Positions 1 to 8,495 of a stretch of 64,000 bases of DNA are shown in pieces. The notes under the pieces were generated by a model. That model did no database searches. It saw only the letters and a list, made by a program, of their open reading frames with translations, and had not been told where the DNA came from. The DNA comes from Candidatus Cloacimonadales bacterium. Lineage in GTDB: Bacteria > Cloacimonadota > Cloacimonadia > Cloacimonadales > DAONDQ01. The DNA is taken from contig OY759316.1 in assembly GCA_963662275.1 (NCBI GenBank), positions 4,128,001-4,192,000 of the forward strand, in the 5' to 3' direction. The first letter of the stretch is position 1; each line of letters opens with the position of its first letter. The position numbers and the translations under genes are program-made.

Positions 1-1134
1 GACATTTCCGAAAGGTACCATCTCCTGCATAGCCTTCACAGTAATTGGTCCAGGCTGCAAAGATGTACGCATACCTCCACAATTGATAACACTGAAATCA
101 ACATCGAGAGAATCATGATATGTTTCATATAGCGCTTTTGCCTGCCAGCGGGAGACTGTAGTTTCCTTAAATTTGTCAGGTATCCAGGGAATCGTCAGAT
201 CACCAATTTGCTTGCCTGATTCACTTTCCACTTTTTGAGCAATATCATCGACAAAGCTGGATAGTTCCGTGGAAATGTTTTTTTGATCCTCTACAGGAAT
301 AAGGATATGCTTCCAAGTATTGATTCGATCATTCTGAACATCTATGTCCAATTCTCCCAGATATACCATTTGAGCGCCAGTCTGTGTTATCAGTATCCCA
401 TTTACCATTAAAGGCTGTTCCAGGATGGCATGTGTATGTCCTCCGAGAATCAAATCCACACGAGAATCCAACTGTGTAGCCAGTAGACTGTCAGCATCAA
501 CGCCAATATGCGTAAGAATGATAACCAGGTCTGATTGTTTATCCACTTCATCGATTACTTTATCAATTGCCTGTTTATAAGGAAGGACAGAAAGTCCCTT
601 AATAGACGCAAGAGTCACTTTCTCAGGAAGCTCTGTCATGATTAAACCGATCACACCTACATTGAGAGAATCAAACTGAAATATCTTATATGTGTATTGT
701 GAAAAGTATTCTTTATCTTCCATCAGGTTTGAATTGATATAAGGATACTTTGCCAGGCGCATATAACCTTTCGCATCTGATAAAGAATTATCGAATTCAT
801 GATTCCCGAAAGTGGCAGCAGAATAGCCAAGTTTATTGAATACTTCAACCACGGCACCACCCTTAACACTTTCATAAATATAACTGGAAAAAGCCGTACC
901 TGTATGCTGGTCTCCACTGTCAAAAGTCAGATTACGCAAATATGCTGATCTTTCATGATTCAAGAGTCTTTCTAAATTTGCATAGCCACCTAACATTATT
1001 TTCTGATCACCCATTTGAAATTTCTGTGGCAGGTAATAAGAATGAGTGTCATTGGTAAACAAGATACGTATTGGTACAGCATTGAGGATAGTAGAAAGCA
1101 GGATTATCAGCAATGAAAGGCTAATTTTATTCAT
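1..1134 (-). CDS. Secreted bifunctional metallophosphatase/5'-nucleotidase (3' end outside window; absent from ORF track)
   Basis: Manual translation from ATG at 1134: MNKISLSLLIILLSTILNAVPIRILFTNDTH...DSGD...GNHEFD; GGHTH further on. These are calcineurin-like phosphoesterase motifs with a signal peptide; no stop found before position 1. Confidence 0.88.
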   Translation of the reverse strand, partial: MNKISLSLLIILLSTILNAVPIRILFTNDTHSYYLPQKFQMGDQKIMLGGYANLERLLNHERSAYLRNLTFDSGDQHTGTAFSSYIYESVKGGAVVEVFNKLGYSAATFGNHEFDNSLSDAKGYMRLAKYPYINSNLMEDKEYFSQYTYKIFQFDSLNVGVIGLIMTELPEKVTLASIKGLSVLPYKQAIDKVIDEVDKQSDLVIILTHIGVDADSLLATQLDSRVDLILGGHTHAILEQPLMVNGILITQTGAQMVYLGELDIDVQNDRINTWKHILIPVEDQKNISTELSSFVDDIAQKVESESGKQIGDLTIPWIPDKFKETTVSRWQAKALYETYHDSLDVDFSVINCGGMRTSLQPGPITVKAMQEMVPFGNV

Positions 1135-1257
1135 TATTAATTCCTTTTCTTGGGAAACTTAAACTTCAGTAGTTCAAAATGTCACTTCATATATAAGTAT
1201 ATTGGATAACTGCAGTGTTTGAGATGTTAGATTTTGAACCTTCACGGATGTCTTCTG

Positions 1258-1662
1258 CTAATTCAGGTACTTTACTAAAACCTGGCTATTGTGTCCATTA
1301 TCACGATTATAAAAATACTCATGTGTCAGTTTCTTTACAATGTGAATTCCTAAACCGCCAATATCCCTTTCTGATAAATCCGGATTTAGTTTAGGCTCGG
1401 GATAATCGAGTGGATTAAACTCAACACCGTCATCAACTACTTCAATATAGATTTTTTGATCTTTCTTTTCAAAATTAATCTCAATATTGTGCTTAGCATT
1501 ATCTTTAAAGGCATATTTGATAATGTTTGAAAGTAATTCATCAAATACAAGATTCAATTGAGCTTCAATATTCATGGGCAAATTCCAAGGTTTAGAAATT
1601 TCCTCTACAAGGTCATTTACTTTTCTGATCTCTGAAATCTGATTCTTAATAATGATCTTCAT
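1258..1662 (-). CDS. Anti-sigma regulatory factor / Ser-Thr kinase (RsbW/SpoIIAB-like HATPase)
   Basis: ELLSNIIKYA (N box), DDGVEFNP (G1), GGLGIHIVK (G2); 134 aa. Confidence 0.9.
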   Translation of the reverse strand: MKIIIKNQISEIRKVNDLVEEISKPWNLPMNIEAQLNLVFDELLSNIIKYAFKDNAKHNIEINFEKKDQKIYIEVVDDGVEFNPLDYPEPKLNPDLSERDIGGLGIHIVKKLTHEYFYNRDNGHNSQVLVKYLN

Positions 1663-1741
1663 AATTAACTCCCACTGATTTCAAAACAAGACCAAAAATC
1701 CTTTTTTTTTACCGAATTGAATCATAAAGTCTTATAGTTGA

Positions 1742-1770
1742 ATTATAAATAGGTTATTTGTTAGTGTCAA
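1742..1770 (-). promoter_or_regulatory. sigma70-type promoter for the anti-sigma gene
   Basis: Perfect TTGACA-N17-TATAAT on the minus strand, about 80 bp upstream of the start. Confidence 0.75.
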
Positions 1771-1813
1771 GGTTTTTTTCTTAGAGAATTTGGATTTTAA
1801 TATAAACAATATC

Positions 1814-2737
1814 TCAGTTCTCTACAAAAGCAGTGATAACACGATTATTCAGATAATTTTCCCAAGTTTCCACGGTTTCTATCGCTAACCTCTTTTTTGC
1901 TGCTTCCGTATAAGCACCCGCATGAGGTGAAAGCAATACTTGTGGGTATTCAGCAAAAGCTGCTGGTTCCCAAGGCTCGTCTTCAAAAACATCAAGTGCT
2001 GCACCTTTCAGCATATTGCTCTTCAATCCCTGTTCAATCGCTTTTTCTTCCACAATTGCACCACGTGCAGTGTTGATCAAATAGATTGGCTGGGAAAGAA
2101 GCTTAAGCGTAGCTGTAGAAAAATAGTACTTTGTTTCATCCGTTAGCGGACAATGGAAGGTGAGTAGATTGCACCACTTCAGACCGGAGACATAGGAAAT
2201 TGGCTTCACTTTTCTTTCTTCCCACTGCTCTTGGGTAAGATAAGGATCAACACCCAGGACAGTAGCTCCCAGTTGCTGAAGCAGATTGGCTACCTTCGTT
2301 CCAACCCTTCCTACCCCAACGACAAGAGCTTTCAAGTCTGATATTTCCATATTAGGTAGTACTTGTGCCTTCCATTGCTTGGTAAGGACTGCATCCTTCA
2401 TCTGGTTTTGCTGCTTGGTCAGTGAGAATATGAAAGACATCGTCTGTTCAAAGGCGGAGATAGCATTGGCCTCCGGTGTGCAACACACAGGCACACCATA
2501 CTTCTTCGCTGCATCCAAATCGATATTATCAACACCTGTACCGGCACGGATAACGAGTTTCAGGTTGGGGAATCTCTTAAAATATGATTCATTGAAGATA
2601 GTCTTTGTACGTATAATGATAATTTCTATATTCTCTGAAAAGAGAAGGTTCTCTGCCGTAAACCAATGAGACAGACCTTTCCTTTCCAGTTCTTCCCAGA
2701 ATTGCTTGGGCATTTCTTCTAAAACCAATGTATGCAT
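1814..2737 (-). CDS. D-isomer-specific 2-hydroxyacid dehydrogenase (SerA-like)
   Basis: RAGTGVDNID, GVGRVG, HCPLT, INTARG, LDVFEDEP and SPHAGA motifs. Confidence 0.9.
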   Translation of the reverse strand: MHTLVLEEMPKQFWEELERKGLSHWFTAENLLFSENIEIIIIRTKTIFNESYFKRFPNLKLVIRAGTGVDNIDLDAAKKYGVPVCCTPEANAISAFEQTMSFIFSLTKQQNQMKDAVLTKQWKAQVLPNMEISDLKALVVGVGRVGTKVANLLQQLGATVLGVDPYLTQEQWEERKVKPISYVSGLKWCNLLTFHCPLTDETKYYFSTATLKLLSQPIYLINTARGAIVEEKAIEQGLKSNMLKGAALDVFEDEPWEPAAFAEYPQVLLSPHAGAYTEAAKKRLAIETVETWENYLNNRVITAFVEN

Positions 2738-2810
2738 TATTCTTCCTTGTAGAGTAGGACGCCGTTCGGGCTAAATCGTGTCGTAAAGCAAGACGCCGTT
2801 CTTGCTATCC

Positions 2811-3716
2811 TCAAACCTTATCAAACGTCACAAAATGTACTTTCGCTACTTCACAAAGCCTATCTTTTCCAAAGCGTGCAACGTATTCCCTCGCAGCCTC
2901 AATCACACCGTGCGATGCTCCTTTGGGAAATTCTATGCCATATTTACGCCTGAGAACTGTCATTGTTTCCAGGAAATGATACCGCGCAATGATGGAAGCA
3001 GCAGCAACAGCAATGTCTGATTCTGCATGTGTCCTTTCCATCACAGCGACCTGGTGTTCCTTCTTGATTTGCTTGGAAAGATTATTGTTTTTCTGGAACT
3101 GATCGATCAGCACTCCCTCACTGGGATATTTCTTCAATAACTCACAAATGGCAGTGCCATGCATCCAGGTCATCATTTCATTCAGCTTCTTTCCCTGCTT
3201 GCGGAAATCAGCATAGAGTGCATTGTATTTATCAGGTTTCAGAATAATGACTTTCGCATGGGAACCATACGCCTGCAACACTTGCTTCGCTGTTTTGTAG
3301 ATCGCATCATCATTGAGAAGCTTACTGTCACGAACACCCCATTTCTGAAGATTTGCTACCATATCATCCCGACAGAAGAAGCTGCAAATCACAAGCGGAC
3401 CAAAGAAATCACCTTTCCCTGATTCATCAGAACCTATCCATTCCTTCCAATTGTGATGTTTGGGAGCAGAAGCATCTATGCTGATGATCTTGATCTTTTC
3501 TATCAATGGACGCAAAGGATTGGTCTTGTTCCCTCCAATGATATGCGATATTCCCTTTTTCTCAGAGTAATAGATATTCAAGGGAATGATCTGCTCTCCC
3601 TTTTCAAATACTAATTGCATCCCATAAGGAATTTCCTTCTCTTCCAGGAGAGTCAATCCTTGTTTCTTTGTCTTTTCCAGCAATTCAGCAACATGCGAAA
3701 GAAGCTTTTGATTCAT
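2811..3716 (-). CDS. rnhC: Ribonuclease HIII
   Basis: IGSDESGKGDFFGP, VRDSK, IDQF, AVAAASIIAR, KVHF, plus an N-terminal extension. Confidence 0.88.
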   Translation of the reverse strand: MNQKLLSHVAELLEKTKKQGLTLLEEKEIPYGMQLVFEKGEQIIPLNIYYSEKKGISHIIGGNKTNPLRPLIEKIKIISIDASAPKHHNWKEWIGSDESGKGDFFGPLVICSFFCRDDMVANLQKWGVRDSKLLNDDAIYKTAKQVLQAYGSHAKVIILKPDKYNALYADFRKQGKKLNEMMTWMHGTAICELLKKYPSEGVLIDQFQKNNNLSKQIKKEHQVAVMERTHAESDIAVAAASIIARYHFLETMTVLRRKYGIEFPKGASHGVIEAAREYVARFGKDRLCEVAKVHFVTFDKV

Positions 3717-3759
3717 TTATCCTACCTTTATTTTCAGGAATGGGAGAAAGATAAATCTG

Positions 3760-3843
3760 TCAAGAGGGAGTGTTTCTTTCCTCTCGCATGTCTTCAAAGG
3801 TAGAGCTGACAAATATACGGAATATCTTGCTTTGTCGGGGCAT
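3760..3843 (-). pseudogene. 5' remnant of a DUF4062 (TIR-like) domain gene
   Basis: GGAGG then ATG: MPRQSKIFRIFVSSTFEDMREERNTPS*. FRIFVSSTF.DM..ER resembles the DUF4062 N-terminus; truncated after 27 aa. Confidence 0.7.
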
Positions 3844-3883
3844 AAGTCCTCCAGCGTAATGCGATTTTGTTGCTTTTGAAGCA

Positions 3884-5744
3884 GAGACTGTTCATGAAGT
3901 TATTCATAATATTCAATAAGTTAGAAAGTAGCAAGTTGAAAAAAGTGGTCGAAACGGTCATAATTTAACATACCTTCCAGAATTGACAGATAAGCTCTGC
4001 TAAGGACACCAAATCACAAGTTAAGCTTTTTGACTAAAATTGAAAAACACGCGATTATAAGTAATGTTTCGAAGCCGTTTCTGACTAAATGTGTAGTTAA
4101 AATCATATAAAATAGTTCTTTACAAGTTTTTTGCTATAGCTTCAATGGCATTTGTTACCTGGTAACAAAAGGGAGGATATTATGACAAAAAAACACTCCA
4201 ATTCAAGAAGCGGTAAGTGTTAGTCATGAAAGTAACCAATACCATGTAAGTATTAACGTACCATTTTCATTCACTTTGCCTGAGACAACATCAAACCACA
4301 AGTTCTTAATAGCGTTTCTACGCTTATTAGTAGGAATAGGCGGAGACAACCTCCTTACACTTCAGCAAATAGCTGATCTGTTTAACTACGCAGACCGCAG
4401 GAATGTACATAATTTCTGGCAAGAGTTTGAGCAGCATGGTCATGATATCCTGGCATATTTAAGCCGGAAAGTTGACCTGCTGGAGTGTATTCCTCAGATC
4501 GAGAATTTTGTTATCAATAACCTGCTTTTACCTTTAAATGTCATGTATCAGGAGTTCATCAGCCATCATGATTTTAAAATGTCCTATACCACTTTCTGCA
4601 AATATGCTTCTCAGGTCAATTCTCTGTCTGTAGTTAAGCAAGCTCAGAAGCTTCTTCTGAAAAAGACAGTAGGCGGTGATGCTGTACATCTGCTGAAACT
4701 GCTTGCCGGTCAGCAGAATACACCTGTTATCTGTGACAGACTCCTGGAACAAATGAAGACTGCTAAAGGCAATACATCCCATAGAACCGCCGATGCAAAG
4801 CCGTTCCATAGTCTGGAACGCAAGAACCTGTGTCTGCTGGTACATTACCTGGTTGGAAGCGGTATGAACTTCGAGACGATAGCTTTGCTGCTCAACACCT
4901 GTAAAGCTACAGTCTCAAATCTCTGGCATGAAATCGCTGACCTGCAGAGCCTGATTCTGAACTCAATCGGTAAGTGGAGCGGAAAGATCAGCATTGATGA
5001 GAAATATGTGAAGATCAAAGGTATTCCGTACTATGTCATCAGTATTGTTGATTTTGTGACTCACATCCCTCTGTTTTGTGAGTTGTATCCTGACACAAAG
5101 AAAGAATCATTCGAAGCATGTTTCAGAACCTTCAGACAGCTCTACAGGAAAGATCCAACCCTGATTGTCAGTGATGGCAGTAAATCGTTAGCAGTTGCAA
5201 GAAAAACAGTGTTTCCAAAAGTCCATTACCAACTCTGTAAGTTCCATAAGATACGAAATCTCTTCAAAAGAATCAGTCAATGTCATCTCCCTGAAGACAG
5301 GGACAAGTTCTTTAAGAAGAGGATTATGAAAGCTTTCCGAAGAGAAACGGCGGGCGGAAGGAAAAAGGGTATCGCAAGCCTGACAGCTATTACTCCCCCA
5401 ACCGCCGCCGAATACATCAAAAGCAATATCATTAGTGATTGGAGACACCTCAGCAAAGGTTTGACTTCCAATGTCTCTGAACGCTGGAACCGCAAAATCA
5501 AGAAGGTGACATCCGGTAGATTTGGACTAAAATCTGAAGAAACCACCCGCAACCTTGTGTTTTCGCTTTGGTTCAAAGAACTGGTCGATAAAGGTCAACC
5601 AATCATGCGTCAGGAATCACTTTTAGCAAGTTTAAATATCTCCCGCATATGTCAAGAAAATGTGGATTGGTCGCACTTAGACCACTTTTTCTCTGTCACT
5701 ACCAATAAGGCTGCGTAAAATGGAGGTTAATTTTGAACAGTCTC
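3884..5744 (+). mobile_element. Insertion sequence, 1861 bp, IS256/Mutator-like DDE
   Basis: Terminal inverted repeats GAGACTGTTCA (3884-3894) and TGAACAGTCTC (5734-5744); 8-bp target duplication TTGAAGCA at 3876-3883 and 5745-5752. Confidence 0.92.
4276..5718 (+). CDS. DDE transposase (true start probably ATG 4182 via an A7 frameshift)
   Basis: SIDEKYVK (D), VSDG (D), QLCKFHKIRN (CxxH of Mutator/IS256), TSNVSERWNRKIK (E); HTH-like segments in the N-terminal half. Confidence 0.88.
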   Translation: MPETTSNHKFLIAFLRLLVGIGGDNLLTLQQIADLFNYADRRNVHNFWQEFEQHGHDILAYLSRKVDLLECIPQIENFVINNLLLPLNVMYQEFISHHDFKMSYTTFCKYASQVNSLSVVKQAQKLLLKKTVGGDAVHLLKLLAGQQNTPVICDRLLEQMKTAKGNTSHRTADAKPFHSLERKNLCLLVHYLVGSGMNFETIALLLNTCKATVSNLWHEIADLQSLILNSIGKWSGKISIDEKYVKIKGIPYYVISIVDFVTHIPLFCELYPDTKKESFEACFRTFRQLYRKDPTLIVSDGSKSLAVARKTVFPKVHYQLCKFHKIRNLFKRISQCHLPEDRDKFFKKRIMKAFRRETAGGRKKGIASLTAITPPTAAEYIKSNIISDWRHLSKGLTSNVSERWNRKIKKVTSGRFGLKSEETTRNLVFSLWFKELVDKGQPIMRQESLLASLNISRICQENVDWSHLDHFFSVTTNKAA

Positions 5745-5860
5745 TTGAAGCATCACCTTCTGCAAATCCACATTTTTCTTGACATGATACTCTTTATTTT
5801 CGCACTTCATAGCAAGTCCAGTGAATGGAATACAATTATTAAATTGATTGTGGAGTATAA

Positions 5861-6838
5861 ATGAAGATTTTCATAACAGGTTCAAATGGATTTGTCGGTT
5901 CACGGCTCATGTGGGTATTAGAAGAAAAGGGACATGATGTCTGGGGAATCGATAGAAATATTAAATGCAAGATCAAGACGCATCCCAATACGAAAATAGG
6001 TAACATCCTGAATATGGATGATCTTCACCAATTCGATACCATTAACTTCGACCTTGTGATCCATTGCGCTGCTGCCAAGCATGATTTTGGTATTACTAAT
6101 GAGGAATATTACCTCGATAATGAAAAAGGAACCGAAGTGCTGATGCAGTATGCCCGTTTGAGAGATATTAATAAGATAATTTACTTTTCAACAGTTTCCG
6201 TCTACGGACACCAGCCGGGAAGAGTGGATGAAACCGGAGAATATTTACCGAATACCGTATATGGCTCATCCAAGCTTGCCGGTGAACATGTCATCGATCG
6301 CTGGATGGTATTTCAACCCCGCTCGGAAGTCATCTATCTCAGACCAACCATTATCTATGGACCATTTAATTATGCAAATATGTACAATCTTATCGATATG
6401 ATGCGTCGTCGTCCTTTTATTATGATTGGTAAGGGAGATTATGTGAAAAGCGTTGTTTCCCTGGAGAATATCATCGACATGACCCTATTCAGTATGACAC
6501 TATTGAAACCCGGATTACAAACTTTTAATTGCATTGATAAGCCTTATGTTACACTCAGTGAATTGATGAATATGATTGCTTCTCATCCTGGTTTCAGAAT
6601 ACCTGTGATCACAATTCCCCTCGATTGGGCAATTGCTGTGGGAAAAGTATTTGACATTTTGGGAAAGGTGACATATAAAGACTTTCCAGTAAATAGTGAC
6701 CGTATGCGTAAGTTTGCAACTGCAACAGATTATTCAGGAGAAAAGATCAGGGAAGCAGGTTATATTCAGAATAAAACGATCGCATATGAACTTGCGCGGA
6801 CAATCAACTGGTATTTGAAAAGCAAAGGTAATAAATAA
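5861..6838 (+). CDS. NAD-dependent epimerase/dehydratase (extended SDR)
   Basis: TGSNGFVG, YGSSK catalytic motif. Confidence 0.9.
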   Translation: MKIFITGSNGFVGSRLMWVLEEKGHDVWGIDRNIKCKIKTHPNTKIGNILNMDDLHQFDTINFDLVIHCAAAKHDFGITNEEYYLDNEKGTEVLMQYARLRDINKIIYFSTVSVYGHQPGRVDETGEYLPNTVYGSSKLAGEHVIDRWMVFQPRSEVIYLRPTIIYGPFNYANMYNLIDMMRRRPFIMIGKGDYVKSVVSLENIIDMTLFSMTLLKPGLQTFNCIDKPYVTLSELMNMIASHPGFRIPVITIPLDWAIAVGKVFDILGKVTYKDFPVNSDRMRKFATATDYSGEKIREAGYIQNKTIAYELARTINWYLKSKGNK

Positions 6839-6873
6839 TTATAGTAAGCACTTAAATCTGTGCTGGAGGTTTC

Positions 6874-7908
6874 ATGGAAAAGCTTAGATTTGGTTTAATC
6901 GGTTGCGGACGTATCTCTAAAAATCATTTTGAATCAATGAAGACTTTCGAAGAGGCTGAATTCGTAGCCTGTTGTGATATCATTGAACAAAGAGCACAAG
7001 AAATGGCAACAGAATATGGAGTTGCCCATTATTATACTGATTATCATGAAATGCTGGAAAAAGAAAAACTGGATTGTATCAGTATTTGCACTCCCAGCGG
7101 ACTTCATCCTGAAATTGGTATTGAAGTCGCCAAGTATCAAATCCATGTTTTAACAGAAAAGCCGATGGCAATTAATGTCGCTTCTGCGGACGCACTCATT
7201 AAAGCCTGTGATAAAAATAAAGTACATCTATTTGTCGTGAAGCAAAACAGGTTGAATACAACTATGCAGCTTCTTCGTAAAGCAATCGATAAGAATCGTT
7301 TTGGCGAGATCTTTATGGTACAGTCTAATGTTTTCTGGCAACGCCCTCAGAGTTATTATGACCAGGCAAAGTGGCGTGGTACCTGGGAATTTGATGGTGG
7401 TGCCTTCATGAACCAGGCTAGCCATTACGTAGATGCCTTATATTGGCTCATTGGCAATGTTGATTCTGTCATGGCTGAGACAGCTACCATGGCTCGTAAG
7501 ACAGAAGCAGAAGACACAGGCTCCGTTATTTTGAAATTCAGATCAGGTACGATAGGTACAATTAATGTCACGATGCTCACTTATCCCAAGAATTTTGAAG
7601 GCTCTATTACAATATTAGGTGAAAAAGGGACAGTGAAAGTTGGGGGAATCGCCCTGAATAAGTTTGAAAAATGGGAATTTGAAGAATATGATGATGACGA
7701 TAGAGTTGTGAACGAATGCAATTATCAACCACCTTCAGTTTATGGTTATGGACACATTCCTTATTATCACAATGTCATTGAAGTCTTATTAGGAAGAGAA
7801 GAACCTCATACTGACGGCAGAGATGGACGCAAATCTGTGGAAATTATCCAGGCTATCTATCTTTCTGCCAAGTCAGGGAAGAAGATTTCGCTGCCCTTGA
7901 ATGTGTAG
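6874..7908 (+). CDS. Gfo/Idh/MocA oxidoreductase, WlbA/WbpB-like UDP-GlcNAcA 3-dehydrogenase
   Basis: GCGRIS, EKPMA, VVKQNR, WRGTWEFDGGAFMNQASHYVD, SVYGYGH. Confidence 0.85.
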   Translation: MEKLRFGLIGCGRISKNHFESMKTFEEAEFVACCDIIEQRAQEMATEYGVAHYYTDYHEMLEKEKLDCISICTPSGLHPEIGIEVAKYQIHVLTEKPMAINVASADALIKACDKNKVHLFVVKQNRLNTTMQLLRKAIDKNRFGEIFMVQSNVFWQRPQSYYDQAKWRGTWEFDGGAFMNQASHYVDALYWLIGNVDSVMAETATMARKTEAEDTGSVILKFRSGTIGTINVTMLTYPKNFEGSITILGEKGTVKVGGIALNKFEKWEFEEYDDDDRVVNECNYQPPSVYGYGHIPYYHNVIEVLLGREEPHTDGRDGRKSVEIIQAIYLSAKSGKKISLPLNV

Positions 7909-7981
7909 AGGAATATTCTCCGAGTAATTTTACTCACTCACCCCCGACCCCTCTCTTGTTCTAAAAGAGGGGAACTCCGCG

Positions 7982-8422
7982 GTTCTCCGAGTGATTTTAC
8001 AACATCGAGTGTCATTCTACTAAACGATGTATCAAAATGAGTAAAATCGTATCGAGGAGTTAGCGGATTATTTCACGAAATGCTTTTTCGCTAATAATGG
8101 AAGTAACTCAAATTCACGATTAACTACTGCTTGCTTTTTCTGATGACTCCAACCGTGAATCTGCTTTTCAACTGCATATGCGTCATCAATACGCTGGAAT
8201 TCTTCAACATAAACAAGTTCTAAAGGCAGTCTCTTTTTCGTGTAATTTGCTCCCCTTCCTTCCTGGTGTTCAAAGACTCATCTTTCGATATCTTTAGTAC
8301 TACCAACATAAAACGTGCCGTCTGAACATTTGAGAATATACAGATATGGCATACAAATCCCTCCCTATTATGTCTATTCATTTCGATACGATTTCTCCTT
8401 CGTCGAAATCACTCAATGAACC
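7982..8422. mobile_element. Putative GIY-YIG element with hairpin ends (family A, gene-containing copy)
   Basis: Left end GTTCTCCGAGTGA...GTATCGAGGAG (7982-8059) and right end CATTTCGATACGATTTCTCCTTCGTCGAAATCACTCAATGAACC (8379-8422) bracket the gene; the same ends recur at 42414-42531 and 55449-55566. Confidence 0.6.
8068..8352 (-). pseudogene. GIY-YIG nuclease (YhbQ/UPF0213-like) with in-frame TGA at codon 25
   Basis: MPYLYILKCSDGTFYVGSTKDIER*VFEHQEGRGANYTKKRLPLELVYVEEFQRIDDAYAVEKQIHGWSHQKKQAVVNREFELLPLLAKKHFVK*. Confidence 0.88.
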
Positions 8423-8495
8423 GTCTCGGATAAAATCACTTAACGAACCTTCTTCTCTGAACTGTACCCTGTACGCTGTACGCTGTTACCTTCTG

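Noticed and set aside
3788..3883. Apparent long RNA stem (riboswitch or 6S-like) before the IS
   Set aside because: Better explained as the opposite strand of the DUF4062 remnant with its RBS; no riboswitch motif recognised.
8278..8280. TGA recoding to explain the in-frame stops
   Set aside because: Ordinary genes here (purQ, etfB, comF, the dehydrogenase) end in TGA, and long ORFs have no internal TGA.
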